From an uncultured Gammaproteobacteria bacterium (GTDB lineage Bacteria; Patescibacteriota; Patescibacteriia; Patescibacteriales; UBA12465), in assembly GCA_964567015.1 (NCBI GenBank), contig CAZMKG010000001.1, positions 51,488 through 92,275 on the forward strand: DNA of 40,788 bases, read 5' to 3'. The notes below the pieces were generated by a model. The model ran no database searches, had not been told where the DNA came from, and saw only the letters and a program-made list of their open reading frames with translations. Positions 25,579 to 35,118 of this stretch are shown here, in pieces. A program made the position numbers and the translations under genes. Positions within the stretch are counted from its first letter, which is position 1, and each line of letters starts with the position of its first letter.

Positions 25579-26682
25579 TTAGGGGCGGCCGATTATACCG
25601 GCGCCTTTATTTATCTTATCGAAGTTAAGATTGGTATCCAAATCATCGAGCTTCTTATGACTTTCAGCTCCCGTCAAGCTATCGCGAGCATAGCATTGCG
25701 CGCCGCTTAAAAGGACAGCCGCGCCGCCGACCTGCTTATCGTTTGGCATAAATTGGATTTCAAAACCGGCGCGATATCCATCATCTTGGTTTTTTAATTC
25801 CGGGATTTTCCAAATTATTTGCCGTGAAGAAGGATTGTAGGAAAAATCTCCGGCCAATACCGAACGCCTATCGGTTAGTTCGACTTCCGCCGGAAGTTTG
25901 GCGCTAAAAACCAAATCTTTAAATTCGCCGGCGCTCTCTACATCAAAAAACACCCAATAATTAGTCGGCAGACCGGCTAACGGCGGCAATGGCCCGCTGC
26001 CTAATTCATCTCCTTGGGGACTATTATAATAAATAACGGCTTTAGCCTTGAGCTCCGATTTTAAATATAAATCCGGCAAAGAAAGAGATTCTTTAATTAT
26101 CTGCCCTTTTATCAGATACTCTTCCTGCGCTTGCCATTTCACGGTTCTGATAGCCGGATTATTATTTTTAAAACGAACATTAATCTTTATTTCCCTGCCT
26201 TCGCCGGCGTTTAAGAGACCGAGAACTAGTTTCCTGTTATTAATCTCGATTCCTGATTCATCGCCGCTATCGGCTAATTTTATTTGATTTACCGAAAAGT
26301 TCTTATCAAGCGTCAAAAAATCAACTTTAATATCGTTAATTGCCATTTTTCCAGAGTTATTAAACTTTACTGTCAGCTCTACATCGCCATTATCGTTAAA
26401 CGAGGAGGCGGCGGCCGAAAAGTCAAAAATTAACGGAGGATTATTCAAATTCAATTCCAATCTTTCCGGCAATGGTTGATCGATTATGTTTTTAACCGAC
26501 GGATGATAAAAATATAAAGCTATAACCGTCGTTATTAATAATATAATTATTATTCCCAGAGATATGTCTAAAACTAGATGCCAGCGATTTTTACGATAAA
26601 AACGTTCACAGCGATTAAGCCAGCGCCGTTTAAACCAATTATCTTTAAACCAATTGTGACTGTGTTTAAAAAATCTCATCAT
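25579..26682 (-). CDS. membrane-anchored protein with a Trp/Arg-rich cytoplasmic tail and two Ig-like (CARDB/DUF11-like) extracytoplasmic domains
   Basis: N-terminal HSHNWFKDNWFKRRWLNRCERFYRKNRWH, then the TM helix LVLDISLGIIIILLITTVIALYF and beta-rich repeats. The motif GSGPLPPLAGLPTNYWVFF is seen in many Patescibacteria hypotheticals (from memory, not searched). Confidence 0.45.
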   Translation of the reverse strand: MMRFFKHSHNWFKDNWFKRRWLNRCERFYRKNRWHLVLDISLGIIIILLITTVIALYFYHPSVKNIIDQPLPERLELNLNNPPLIFDFSAAASSFNDNGDVELTVKFNNSGKMAINDIKVDFLTLDKNFSVNQIKLADSGDESGIEINNRKLVLGLLNAGEGREIKINVRFKNNNPAIRTVKWQAQEEYLIKGQIIKESLSLPDLYLKSELKAKAVIYYNSPQGDELGSGPLPPLAGLPTNYWVFFDVESAGEFKDLVFSAKLPAEVELTDRRSVLAGDFSYNPSSRQIIWKIPELKNQDDGYRAGFEIQFMPNDKQVGGAAVLLSGAQCYARDSLTGAESHKKLDDLDTNLNFDKINKGAGIIGRP

Positions 26683-26688
26683 ATATTT

Positions 26689-28704
26689 TTAATAAAAATT
26701 TTTTATTCCGGTTAAGATGTCATCAACGCCATCGCCGTTAATATCGCTGGCCCCGACTTTAATGCCGCCATGATAACTTTTATCATAAGCAAAGAAACTT
26801 CCAATTACCTTGCCCTGATAATTAAATATCCGAACATGCGGCCCGCCGCCGCCACCCGGTCCCGTAATTATTTCATTTTGACCGTCGCCATTAACATCGC
26901 CTATCGCAACGCTTACTCCGCCCTTAAAATTTTTATCATAGGCGAGAAATTCCTTCTTTAAGACGCCTTTCTGCGAAAATATTTTTATCGTCGGTTCGAG
27001 TCCCGCGCCCGGACCGGTGATTATTTCTTCCTGGCCATCGCCATCAACATCACCCAAGGCGACATTGACGCCGCCGCGCGCATTTTTATCATAAGCAAAA
27101 AAGAAACCGCTTGCCTTCCCGATTGGAGAAAAAATGCCCACCTGCGGCCCGCCGCCGACTCCGGTGCCGGTTATTATTTGTCTGACATACCCCTGATCAA
27201 TCTTTGCCGCTAAATTTATATCCCCTTTATATTTACCGGAATACGGGTAAAAAGACGCGACTTTATCTCCGTTTTTTCGCAAAGTTATCATGCCCTTCTC
27301 GGCTGTTAAATTTACATCTTGCGCGACCGTATCTTGGCTGGCGATTATTATTTCTTGCCCCCCGGGAAAATTATTCAAATAGGGGAAAAAGCCGTTTCTG
27401 ACCTGCTGGCCGTTTAGACCGTAGACGCGATAAAAATATCCATTGATAAAAGAAGTGTCAGTTATGGTATTGCTCTGGCGCAAAAGAACAATCCCGTCTT
27501 TAGGGGCTAATTTCAGGTAACTTATTTTTAAACCGGTATTAAAAACGGGGTCCTGAAGTCCTTTTATTTTTTCAACGTCTTCTTTTGAAAAAACATAGAG
27601 TTGTTCCTTGTCGGTGGAATTAACAATCGCCGAACCGTATTTAAAATCGCGCCGCCACAAGCCAGCTTTAATATCGGCGCTCTTGTTGTCTAAAATATTA
27701 TAAGCTCCGGAAACGGCCGGACCTAAATTAGTATCATATTCATCATACCACCAAGCCTGGCTATGATCGCTCGTATCATAATCAAAACTGTAAAAACCAT
27801 TGCCCAATAGCGCGCTGGTTAAGCCATATCTAAAATAACGATAATCTGTTTGATTTTTATTAAAACTGTTGATAATTGAAACATTCGGCGCGACGTTGAC
27901 ACTCGGAAGATGAAGATAGGTTTTCATCGAACCCGCCCAGGTGCCGCCATTTTCCCACGACGACGGAAAATCTTCCAGCATCATGCCGTTTAATAATTTT
28001 TGATACCCTTCATAAACGCGCCCGTTGCCGACAATAATAAAATCATTTCCGGCCAATTGTCTGGTGGCAGCTAAAACTTTTTTGAAGCCGGCCGCCCAAG
28101 CGTCGTTAAGACTAACGGTTGTATCCTTTTTTTTATCGCCATCGGCATCAATATCGCCGCCGTTAATCCAAGCGACATCCCCCCAGGCATTATCGTAAAA
28201 AACTCCATCCCACAGACCGCTTGCCTTTATCTCTTTAATGACGAAATCTGATAAATAATCATTAAATCGCTGCCCCTTGGAATTAGTTCCGGCTTTGTCC
28301 GTTAAATTAAACATTGAACTGCCCGGCCAATTTGAAATCTTATTTCCGTTTTGATCTCTAAGCCACCAAGAATCGCTTAAACCGGAGGCCAACTGATTGC
28401 GCATGACGGCATTACGATAAATTCCAACATTATCGATTAATTCCACCGAATTTATATAAGCAAGAATAATTATCCGCGGGTTCAACTTTCTTATTTCTAA
28501 AATCTGCTCCTGGCTGTTTACCTGAGTTTCCATATCAAGAATTAACAAGTTCCATCTGGCCAGTTCTTTCGCTTCGGCGTCGGTTATTTCCCACTTTAAA
28601 AAATAATTGGCTGTCCGCGGATAAGCGGTCGGCAAGACTGCCGCTTGCGCGATCAACGGACAAAAAACAATAAAAGTTAAAAAAATGGCGGCAATTTTTT
28701 TCAT
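26689..28704 (-). CDS. secreted protein: N-terminal TIM-barrel glycoside-hydrolase-like domain (GH114/GHL15-like) plus C-terminal FG-GAP/VCBS repeats
   Basis: Signal peptide MKKIAAIFLTFIVFCPLIAQA. The N-domain has WNLLILDME, IILAYINSVE and GLWDGVFYDNAWGD. The C-terminus has repeated GDVDGDGQEEIITGPG, GDVNGDGQNEIITGPG and SDINGDGVDDILTG. Confidence 0.55.
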   Translation of the reverse strand: MKKIAAIFLTFIVFCPLIAQAAVLPTAYPRTANYFLKWEITDAEAKELARWNLLILDMETQVNSQEQILEIRKLNPRIIILAYINSVELIDNVGIYRNAVMRNQLASGLSDSWWLRDQNGNKISNWPGSSMFNLTDKAGTNSKGQRFNDYLSDFVIKEIKASGLWDGVFYDNAWGDVAWINGGDIDADGDKKKDTTVSLNDAWAAGFKKVLAATRQLAGNDFIIVGNGRVYEGYQKLLNGMMLEDFPSSWENGGTWAGSMKTYLHLPSVNVAPNVSIINSFNKNQTDYRYFRYGLTSALLGNGFYSFDYDTSDHSQAWWYDEYDTNLGPAVSGAYNILDNKSADIKAGLWRRDFKYGSAIVNSTDKEQLYVFSKEDVEKIKGLQDPVFNTGLKISYLKLAPKDGIVLLRQSNTITDTSFINGYFYRVYGLNGQQVRNGFFPYLNNFPGGQEIIIASQDTVAQDVNLTAEKGMITLRKNGDKVASFYPYSGKYKGDINLAAKIDQGYVRQIITGTGVGGGPQVGIFSPIGKASGFFFAYDKNARGGVNVALGDVDGDGQEEIITGPGAGLEPTIKIFSQKGVLKKEFLAYDKNFKGGVSVAIGDVNGDGQNEIITGPGGGGGPHVRIFNYQGKVIGSFFAYDKSYHGGIKVGASDINGDGVDDILTGIKNFY
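26719..27177 (-). repeat. three tandem 153-nt (51-aa) FG-GAP-type coding repeats
   Basis: The units IITGTGVGGGPQVGIFS...GDVDGDGQEE, IITGPGAGLEPTIKIFS...GDVNGDGQNE and IITGPGGGGGPHVRIFN...SDINGDGVDD are each 51 aa. Confidence 0.8.
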
Positions 28705-28709
28705 GATAA

Positions 28710-29990
28710 TTACTTCTTTTTAGGCTTTATCTTCTTATATCCTCTCGGCATATATTTTGCCAACGATTTCGGAATATTGATCGAGCCGTCGGCATTTTGA
28801 TTATTTTCCATAATAGCAATCAGGCATCTAGTGATGGCGATGGCCGTCCCGTTCAAAGTATAAACAAATTCTTTTTCGCCGCTCTCCTTTTTATATTTTG
28901 TGTTCATTGCTCGCGCTTGATAATCGGTACAGTTTGAAGTCGAGGTCACCTCCGCCCAAGCCCCCATACCGCCGTCAGCAGCCGGTTTCCCCGGCATCCA
29001 AGCTTCAAGGTCATATGTTCTGATAGAAGGCGCGCCTAAATCGGCCGTGCAATGATCGATAATTTGAAAAGGAATTTTTAAGCCCTTGAATATTTCTTTC
29101 TCAATACTTAAAAGTTCGAGATGGGCCTTTTCGGCGTTTTCCGGCTTTACATATTGGAACATCTCAATTTTAGTAAATTGATGGACACGGAAAATGCCTT
29201 TGGAAAATTTTGAATAACTACCGGCTTCCGTGCGGAAACAATGACTGACGGCGACATATTTTTTAGGAAGTTCGCTTTCCTCGAAAACTTCATCTTTATG
29301 GAGTCCGCCCATCGTTATTTCTGCTGTGCCAATTAAACATAAGTCCGTGTCGGCGACATTATAAACTTGAGTCGATTCGCCGCGCGGGTTAAATCCCATA
29401 CCTTCGAGAATTTCTCTTTTGGCTAAATCCGGAGAAGTAAAAGGCGTAAACCCATGTTTAATTAATATTTCTAAAGCATATTGAATTAACGCATACTCCA
29501 TAAGCGCCAATTCGTTTTTTAAATAATAAAATTTGGCGCCGCTGACTTTAGTCGCGCGATCGAAATCTATTAAATCCAAGGCGGCCGCCAGTTCCACGTG
29601 GTCCTTTGGCGTAAATTTAAATTTTGTCGGCGCGCCGCAAGTTTCCAAAACCGGATTATCGTCTTCGTTGTCGCTGACTTTAACATCCGGATGGGTTAAA
29701 TTAGGAACAGCCAGAAGCATTTCATTTAATTTCGCCTGTTTTTCCGTCAGTTTCTCTTCTTTGGCTTTTAAAGATTCTCCTAAAGATTTCATCTCCGCGA
29801 TTATCTCCGGCGTCGGTTTTATTTTTGAGGATTGATTACGTTTTGCCCGAGCGCTTTCAATTTCCGTAATTAAATTGCGCGTTTCACTGTCTAGAGTCAA
29901 TAAGGCGTCGATATCAACCGAGGATAACCGATTTTTTGAATTTGTTTTTATTAATTCCGGATTTTCTCTTATTATTTTTATATCTAGCAT
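28710..29990 (-). CDS. serS: seryl-tRNA synthetase
   Basis: N-terminal coiled-coil arm (MLDIKIIRENPE...), class II core FRVHQFTKIEMF, and GTAIAITRCLIAIMENNQ, 426 aa. Confidence 0.92.
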   Translation of the reverse strand: MLDIKIIRENPELIKTNSKNRLSSVDIDALLTLDSETRNLITEIESARAKRNQSSKIKPTPEIIAEMKSLGESLKAKEEKLTEKQAKLNEMLLAVPNLTHPDVKVSDNEDDNPVLETCGAPTKFKFTPKDHVELAAALDLIDFDRATKVSGAKFYYLKNELALMEYALIQYALEILIKHGFTPFTSPDLAKREILEGMGFNPRGESTQVYNVADTDLCLIGTAEITMGGLHKDEVFEESELPKKYVAVSHCFRTEAGSYSKFSKGIFRVHQFTKIEMFQYVKPENAEKAHLELLSIEKEIFKGLKIPFQIIDHCTADLGAPSIRTYDLEAWMPGKPAADGGMGAWAEVTSTSNCTDYQARAMNTKYKKESGEKEFVYTLNGTAIAITRCLIAIMENNQNADGSINIPKSLAKYMPRGYKKIKPKKK

Positions 29991-30048
29991 ATATTTATAT
30001 TAATTATTCAATTATTTATTTTCCGCTTATCTTATTATCGGCGATTTA

Positions 30049-31698
30049 TTAACTTATCACTTCCCCGCCGAAAGTTTTCAGAAGATTATTCAAAGATTTT
30101 CCGTCTTCTTTAGCGGTTATCGGCTCGTTTTCCGGTTCGGCAGACTTAATATCATCTATTTCTTTTGGTTCATCAATATTATTTTCCTCATGCCTTATCT
30201 CTAAATTTTCATCAATCACTAAATTTAAAGAAAGCATCGCTCCGAAAACTTCCGCTAAAGTCGTCTCCACAATTGTTTTTATAGAGGCATCGTTTATGCG
30301 GTCGTGATGAAATTTATACTTAAAGACTAAGCGGAGCTGGCTATCTTTTATTTCTTGCGGCTGGCAATTTTGCAAGACAAACGACAAAGAATGATTATAT
30401 TTTTTTATCTTTACTAAAAATTCCGGCCATTTTTCAAGAACTTCCGTTTGATTAAGGCTAATTGATTCCTCGCTGAATTTTTTTATGCCTATTTTTTCCG
30501 CGTCTATCGCCACGGCTTCTTTTTTCGGCGGCGCGACTTTAACCGTTTCTTCATCTTTTCTTACTTTCAGGCTACTATTCGCAATCGGCGCGGCTTCGTT
30601 ATTCGCGCCATAACAAATATCGATAATAGCCAACTCCAAAGGCAGTTGGGAAATTAAAGTATTTTTATTATCGTTATAAGCTTCAAGAAAACGCTTGGTA
30701 AAGATTAATAATTGACCCCAGGAAATATTATTGGCGATTGACCCGACTTTTATTTCCAAACTCTCGCCTAGGTTCAGGCCGAGACTGTCAATCAAGCTCG
30801 GACTTACTTTGCTTAGCATTATTTTACGGAGCAAAGCGACTAATTCTCCGGTGAAATTCCTTAGATTAACGCCGGTATCGGCAAGATTGTTTATTAAAGA
30901 AACAGCTCTGGCGGCGTCTTTCTTGCTTAGATAATCAAGCAAATCAACCGCTTCGTTGCTGTTATAATGAGGGATTATAAGTTCCGCATCTTCTAGACTT
31001 ATTTTTTTGTCGCCGAGAGAAAAAATTTGACCAAGCAAACTTTCCGCATCGCGCAAATGTCCGCCGCTACGGCGCGCAACCGCCTCTAAAACTTCAGAAT
31101 CTATTTCTATATTTTCTTTGGCGGCGATTAAAGACAGTTTTTTCACAATATCCGAAACACTGATGCGCTTAAAGTCAAAACGCTCGCAGCGGGAAATAAT
31201 AGTTGAGGGAACTTTTTGGATTTCCGTCGTACATAAAATAAAGATAACGTAAGTCGGCGGTTCCTCGATTATTTTCAGAAGAGCATTAAAAGCCGAAATC
31301 GAAAGCATGTGGACTTCGTCGATAATAAAGACCTTGAATTTCGAATTAGTCGGCATTAATCTGGAAAAACTGATAATGTTTTCTCGGACATTATCGACTC
31401 CGGTGTTTGAGGCGGCATCGATTTCAACTACGTCCAAATTCTTCCCTTGAGTAATGCTTAAGCAGCTGGCGCATTTATTGCATGGTTCAAAATCGCCCGC
31501 TTTGCGATTTTCGCAATTAACGGTCTTCGCCAAGACGCGAGCCAGGGTGGTTTTTCCGACTGCGCGCGGACCGCAGAATAAAAAAGCCTGCGCTAATTTA
31601 TCGGCGCTGATTTCATTTTGCAAAGTTATTTTTATGTGGTTCTGTCCCAGAATTTCAGAAAAATTTTGAGGACGATAATCGCGATAGAGGGTCGACAT
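30049..31698 (-). CDS. dnaX: DNA polymerase III subunit gamma/tau
   Basis: YRPQNFSEILGQ, Walker A GPRAVGKTTLARVLAK, the Zn module CENRKAGDFEPCNKCASC, IIDEVHML, and sensor SRC. Confidence 0.92.
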   Translation of the reverse strand: MSTLYRDYRPQNFSEILGQNHIKITLQNEISADKLAQAFLFCGPRAVGKTTLARVLAKTVNCENRKAGDFEPCNKCASCLSITQGKNLDVVEIDAASNTGVDNVRENIISFSRLMPTNSKFKVFIIDEVHMLSISAFNALLKIIEEPPTYVIFILCTTEIQKVPSTIISRCERFDFKRISVSDIVKKLSLIAAKENIEIDSEVLEAVARRSGGHLRDAESLLGQIFSLGDKKISLEDAELIIPHYNSNEAVDLLDYLSKKDAARAVSLINNLADTGVNLRNFTGELVALLRKIMLSKVSPSLIDSLGLNLGESLEIKVGSIANNISWGQLLIFTKRFLEAYNDNKNTLISQLPLELAIIDICYGANNEAAPIANSSLKVRKDEETVKVAPPKKEAVAIDAEKIGIKKFSEESISLNQTEVLEKWPEFLVKIKKYNHSLSFVLQNCQPQEIKDSQLRLVFKYKFHHDRINDASIKTIVETTLAEVFGAMLSLNLVIDENLEIRHEENNIDEPKEIDDIKSAEPENEPITAKEDGKSLNNLLKTFGGEVIS

Positions 31699-31747
31699 AA
31701 TATAATTTCTTTAATTTATCTTAAATTTATCTTTTCTATATTTTTAT

Positions 31748-34237
31748 TTAGTTTTCCGATAAAGACATTTTAGAACGGCGTTCTATTTCCGCTTCGACCA
31801 AACGTACGTTCTGGCCGTATTTCAAACGGCTTAAAGATCTAATCTTGTCGGCCATTCCTTCGCGTTTAACACCTAAAATCGGCCAAATAGTATTAAGGGA
31901 GAAAGGACGAGTGGCGGAATTATCAACTAATAATTTAATCGCCGCCATCCCCATACCGACATTTATCAAATCATATTGATTGAAGACCGGAGAGAATTCT
32001 TTGACCAAGAATTCCGCATCTTCCGAGCCGACTTTAAAACTAACCATCGTTCCGACATTTCCAAAGACCGCGTCTTTGATTTCATTATTATTATTCTTGC
32101 TTAATTGCCCGATATACTGGTGGGCGATAATAAGATTCAGGGCATATTTGCGAGCCTCGGACAATATTTGGCAAATAGAAGACGTAGTGAAATTCTGGAA
32201 TTCGTCGATATATAAATAAAAATCTTTTCTGTTCTCCGGCGGCAAATCCGTGCGCGACAGAGCGGCCATTAAAATCTTGCCCACTAAAATCATACCCAAA
32301 AGATAGGCATTCATTTCTCCAACCAGACCCTTTGGTAAATCAACTAATAGTATTTTTTGCTTATCCATTACTTCTCGCAGGTTAAAAGCGCTCTTCTGCT
32401 GGCCGATTATCGGCCGCATCATATCATTGGAAATAAAAGAAGTCAGTTTAGAGGTGATATAAGGGACAATATTAGCCAGCGCCGCTTCTCCACCCGCCTT
32501 CTCCGCTTCCTTGCGCCAGAAATCAACAACAGTTTGATTCTTGCAGCGACTCAATTTAAATCTTCTAAAATCGGCATCGGCCAGGACTTTCGGTATTTCC
32601 ATTAAAGTTGACCCTGAGTCAGGATCATCCATAACCAAAAGCATCGCGTTACGCATATATTGTTCAAACATCGGTCCGCCAGTCGCTTTCAAATCATACA
32701 ATTTATCAAGGATGCCAATCATTTCGTTAATCACAAAACTTTTCTGTTCGGGATAGCGCGGGTCATATTCCAAAAGATTTAAAGCCAAGGGGCGCTCAAT
32801 ATCTCCCGGTGAAAAAATAATAACATCCTCCGCTCTTTCCGGAGGAATTCTATCTAAAATATCCGTTATTAAATCACCATTCGGATCAAAAACGCAGACA
32901 CCTTCCCCGTTCTGAATATCTTGGATTGCCATATTGGCTAGAAGAACGGATTTACCGGTACCGGATTTACCGACGATATAGGTATGGCGGCGGCGATCCT
33001 GACGTTTGATTCTGATTTCCTTCTTAACGCCGCGATAAATATTTTCACCAAGCGTTATCCCCTCTCCGGGAATAGTGGCTGGGGCCGGAGCGATTCTTGA
33101 AGTAAGCCAAACAATATTCGGAGTTTCAGTTCCTTTAAGCGGTAAATGAAAAAGACCGGTTAATTCTTCGGTGCCTAATAAAAAATTCAAATTATCGCGG
33201 AAACGCCGATAAATAAAATCATCGATAATCCGATGCTGATTGCCGGTATAAATTCTAGAGAAATTATTACCGTAATTATAATTATTATACTCACTATAAG
33301 CATTCGAAAGATTATCAAGATAGTAAGCGGCTTTTTCTTTTGTTTCGGCGCAGGCGACCAGACGAAGATTGACTTCCAAACCAGCTTTTTGATTTTTTTC
33401 TTCAATGCCCTTAAGCATTTCTTGCTCGGCGGCCGTTAAAGTCTTCGGCTTATTTATAGACTGATTAGAATTTTTAGTTGATTGTTCTTTGGATGGAAAA
33501 AAGTCGCGGATTTTTGCCAATGGCGAACTGCTCTTTCCAATACCTTCCCAAACCGAACCGTAACGGTTAATCATACTCGAAGCATTCTTACTGGCTTTGT
33601 GCCACTTCCCCGGAGCGCTCCGAACAACATACTGGATAGATATGCTTTCGTGTTTATCAAGTTTTGATAAAACGTTAATGATTGAATTTAAAGGATCGAC
33701 TGTCATCTTCCCATAAGTTTTAAGCGGCAGAACAAAATTATCCTTTGTTTTAAGATAAGCTGCCGCCACGTAACCATTAGGGATAAATGAGTTATAATCA
33801 GAAACTTCTTCCAAAACGGCATCCGGGTAATGAGCAGTGATTTGTTTTTCTAAATACAAAGCATTTTTTTCCGGCGCGACCGCATAAAAATAAATTTTTC
33901 CGCGTTCGGCCACTATTTCGAAAGAAAAGTGATCGTTGCGTCCAAAAAACCAACTAATAATTCCTCTTTGCGCGCGTAAACCGCCGATAGCCGAAAAAAT
34001 CGTTTCGCCCTTGGCAATTTCTTCTTTAAGCTGCTGAGAATTTTCTTCTTTATTCTCGTCTTTTGGTTTCTCTTTTGGAAGCTTGATTAAAAAAAGCTTG
34101 TGTTTCGAGTAATCCTCTCCGAAGCCCGATATTCTTACAATCTTTCTGACTAAAAATAAAAACGGCAAAAAAATAATAAGGACAGCCAAGCCCTTTAGAA
34201 TTACAACCGAATCAAGATATGTAGTAAAATCTATCAT
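31748..34237 (-). CDS. VirD4/TraD-like (type IV coupling protein-like) P-loop ATPase with an N-terminal TM anchor and a lineage-specific N-domain
   Basis: 829 aa. It has the TM helix GLAVLIIFLPFLFLV, Walker A HTYIVGKSGTGKSVLLANM, Walker B-like FYLYIDEFQNF, and a C-terminal TraD/TraG-type region (LIIAHQYIGQL). Confidence 0.6.
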   Translation of the reverse strand: MIDFTTYLDSVVILKGLAVLIIFLPFLFLVRKIVRISGFGEDYSKHKLFLIKLPKEKPKDENKEENSQQLKEEIAKGETIFSAIGGLRAQRGIISWFFGRNDHFSFEIVAERGKIYFYAVAPEKNALYLEKQITAHYPDAVLEEVSDYNSFIPNGYVAAAYLKTKDNFVLPLKTYGKMTVDPLNSIINVLSKLDKHESISIQYVVRSAPGKWHKASKNASSMINRYGSVWEGIGKSSSPLAKIRDFFPSKEQSTKNSNQSINKPKTLTAAEQEMLKGIEEKNQKAGLEVNLRLVACAETKEKAAYYLDNLSNAYSEYNNYNYGNNFSRIYTGNQHRIIDDFIYRRFRDNLNFLLGTEELTGLFHLPLKGTETPNIVWLTSRIAPAPATIPGEGITLGENIYRGVKKEIRIKRQDRRRHTYIVGKSGTGKSVLLANMAIQDIQNGEGVCVFDPNGDLITDILDRIPPERAEDVIIFSPGDIERPLALNLLEYDPRYPEQKSFVINEMIGILDKLYDLKATGGPMFEQYMRNAMLLVMDDPDSGSTLMEIPKVLADADFRRFKLSRCKNQTVVDFWRKEAEKAGGEAALANIVPYITSKLTSFISNDMMRPIIGQQKSAFNLREVMDKQKILLVDLPKGLVGEMNAYLLGMILVGKILMAALSRTDLPPENRKDFYLYIDEFQNFTTSSICQILSEARKYALNLIIAHQYIGQLSKNNNNEIKDAVFGNVGTMVSFKVGSEDAEFLVKEFSPVFNQYDLINVGMGMAAIKLLVDNSATRPFSLNTIWPILGVKREGMADKIRSLSRLKYGQNVRLVEAEIERRSKMSLSEN

Positions 34238-34239
34238 AT

Positions 34240-34719
34240 TTATTTATCTTTTAAACGCATAATTTTATCGGCTTTTATTTTCACTTCCTGCTCCAAAAAA
34301 AATTTATTTATTCCCGTTACCATACCGAGCCATTGCCTAATCAAAGAAACTATCTTATTGATTTTTACTTTAGCGGAACTTAGGAGTTCGCTGATCTTAG
34401 AAACAGTCTCTTCGCCTTTTTTCTTAAAAGCCTTTTGCTCTTCCGGTTTCATCTTTAAAAATATTTCATCCAGACCCTCGGCCAGAATACTGTCGATTGC
34501 TTCTTCTTGCCTCTTTTGCCAATCGGATATCGGCGCAACCGGCAAAAAGTCGCCCAAATTTTTTTGGGGAGATTGGTTTGAAACGACTTCGTCTTTCTTT
34601 TCGGCGGACGACGAAATAAATTCCGCTTTCTTTTCGGGATTAAGCGGTTTTTCAACTCCGGCAGCAACCGGTTTTGCATTCTCGAAATTTGGTTTTTCGA
34701 TTTTCATTTCTCCTGCCAT
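34240..34719 (-). CDS. hypothetical 159-aa protein, translationally coupled to the ATPase
   Basis: Its stop is 2 nt from the ATPase ATG and its start is 5 nt after the ferredoxin stop. It has a Lys/Glu-rich helical region, a disordered N-terminal third, and no recognisable motif. Confidence 0.6.
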   Translation of the reverse strand: MAGEMKIEKPNFENAKPVAAGVEKPLNPEKKAEFISSSAEKKDEVVSNQSPQKNLGDFLPVAPISDWQKRQEEAIDSILAEGLDEIFLKMKPEEQKAFKKKGEETVSKISELLSSAKVKINKIVSLIRQWLGMVTGINKFFLEQEVKIKADKIMRLKDK

Positions 34720-34724
34720 ATCGG

Positions 34725-34898
34725 TTAGTTAGCCATGATAGCCTCAACCGGACAATTAGCAGCCGCATTTTTTGCGCAATCGGTTGTTTTGTCTTTTATA
34801 ACCTCGGATTTTCCGTCTGCTCCAATTACAAAAGTTTCCGGGCACATGCCGGCACATAAACCGCAGCCGATACACTTGTTTTGATCAACTTTCACCAT
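34725..34898 (-). CDS. fdx: small single-cluster [4Fe-4S] ferredoxin (57 aa, below the ORF-track cutoff)
   Basis: My own translation of the minus strand gives MVKVDQNKCIGCGLCAGMCPETFVIGADGKSEVIKDKTTDCAKNAAANCPVEAIMAN. The C-x2-C-x2-C-x3-CP ... C ... CP pattern and length match Thermotoga/Pyrococcus-type monocluster ferredoxins. Confidence 0.8.
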   Translation of the reverse strand: MVKVDQNKCIGCGLCAGMCPETFVIGADGKSEVIKDKTTDCAKNAAANCPVEAIMAN

Positions 34899-35006
34899 AT
34901 TTTTTTTATTAGTTTTTTAAGTTTTTTTACATATTTATTATAGCATATCTTATAAAAAATAAAACACCGACCATATCTCTAAAATTGGCGATAAAATGAC
35001 ATATAT

Positions 35007-35035
35007 TTGACAATTTTCCGCGGCTGAGTTATATT
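35007..35035 (+). promoter_or_regulatory. promoter for rpmA
   Basis: TTGACA (35007-35012), 17-nt spacer, TATATT (35030-35035). A small hairpin, TGCTAG...CTAGCA, sits in the 83-nt leader. Confidence 0.55.
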
Positions 35036-35118
35036 TAATAAATAAAGTTAAAATTAACCTTAATTAATCCTTAAAGTGCTAGTCTTCTGGCTAGCATTTT
35101 CAGTGTAAATCAATCTAT

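Noticed and set aside
26719-27177. 153-nt tandem repeats considered as a possible CRISPR-like or mobile repeat array
   Set aside because: The units are contiguous with no spacers, are in frame, and encode FG-GAP-type protein repeats.
34358-34859. ORFs 34358-34732 (+), 34455-34679 (-) and 34674-34859 (+)
   Set aside because: They overlap the 159-aa gene and the ferredoxin gene in other frames or on the other strand. The ferredoxin reading (34725-34898, minus) has a clear conserved Cys pattern and explains this region better.
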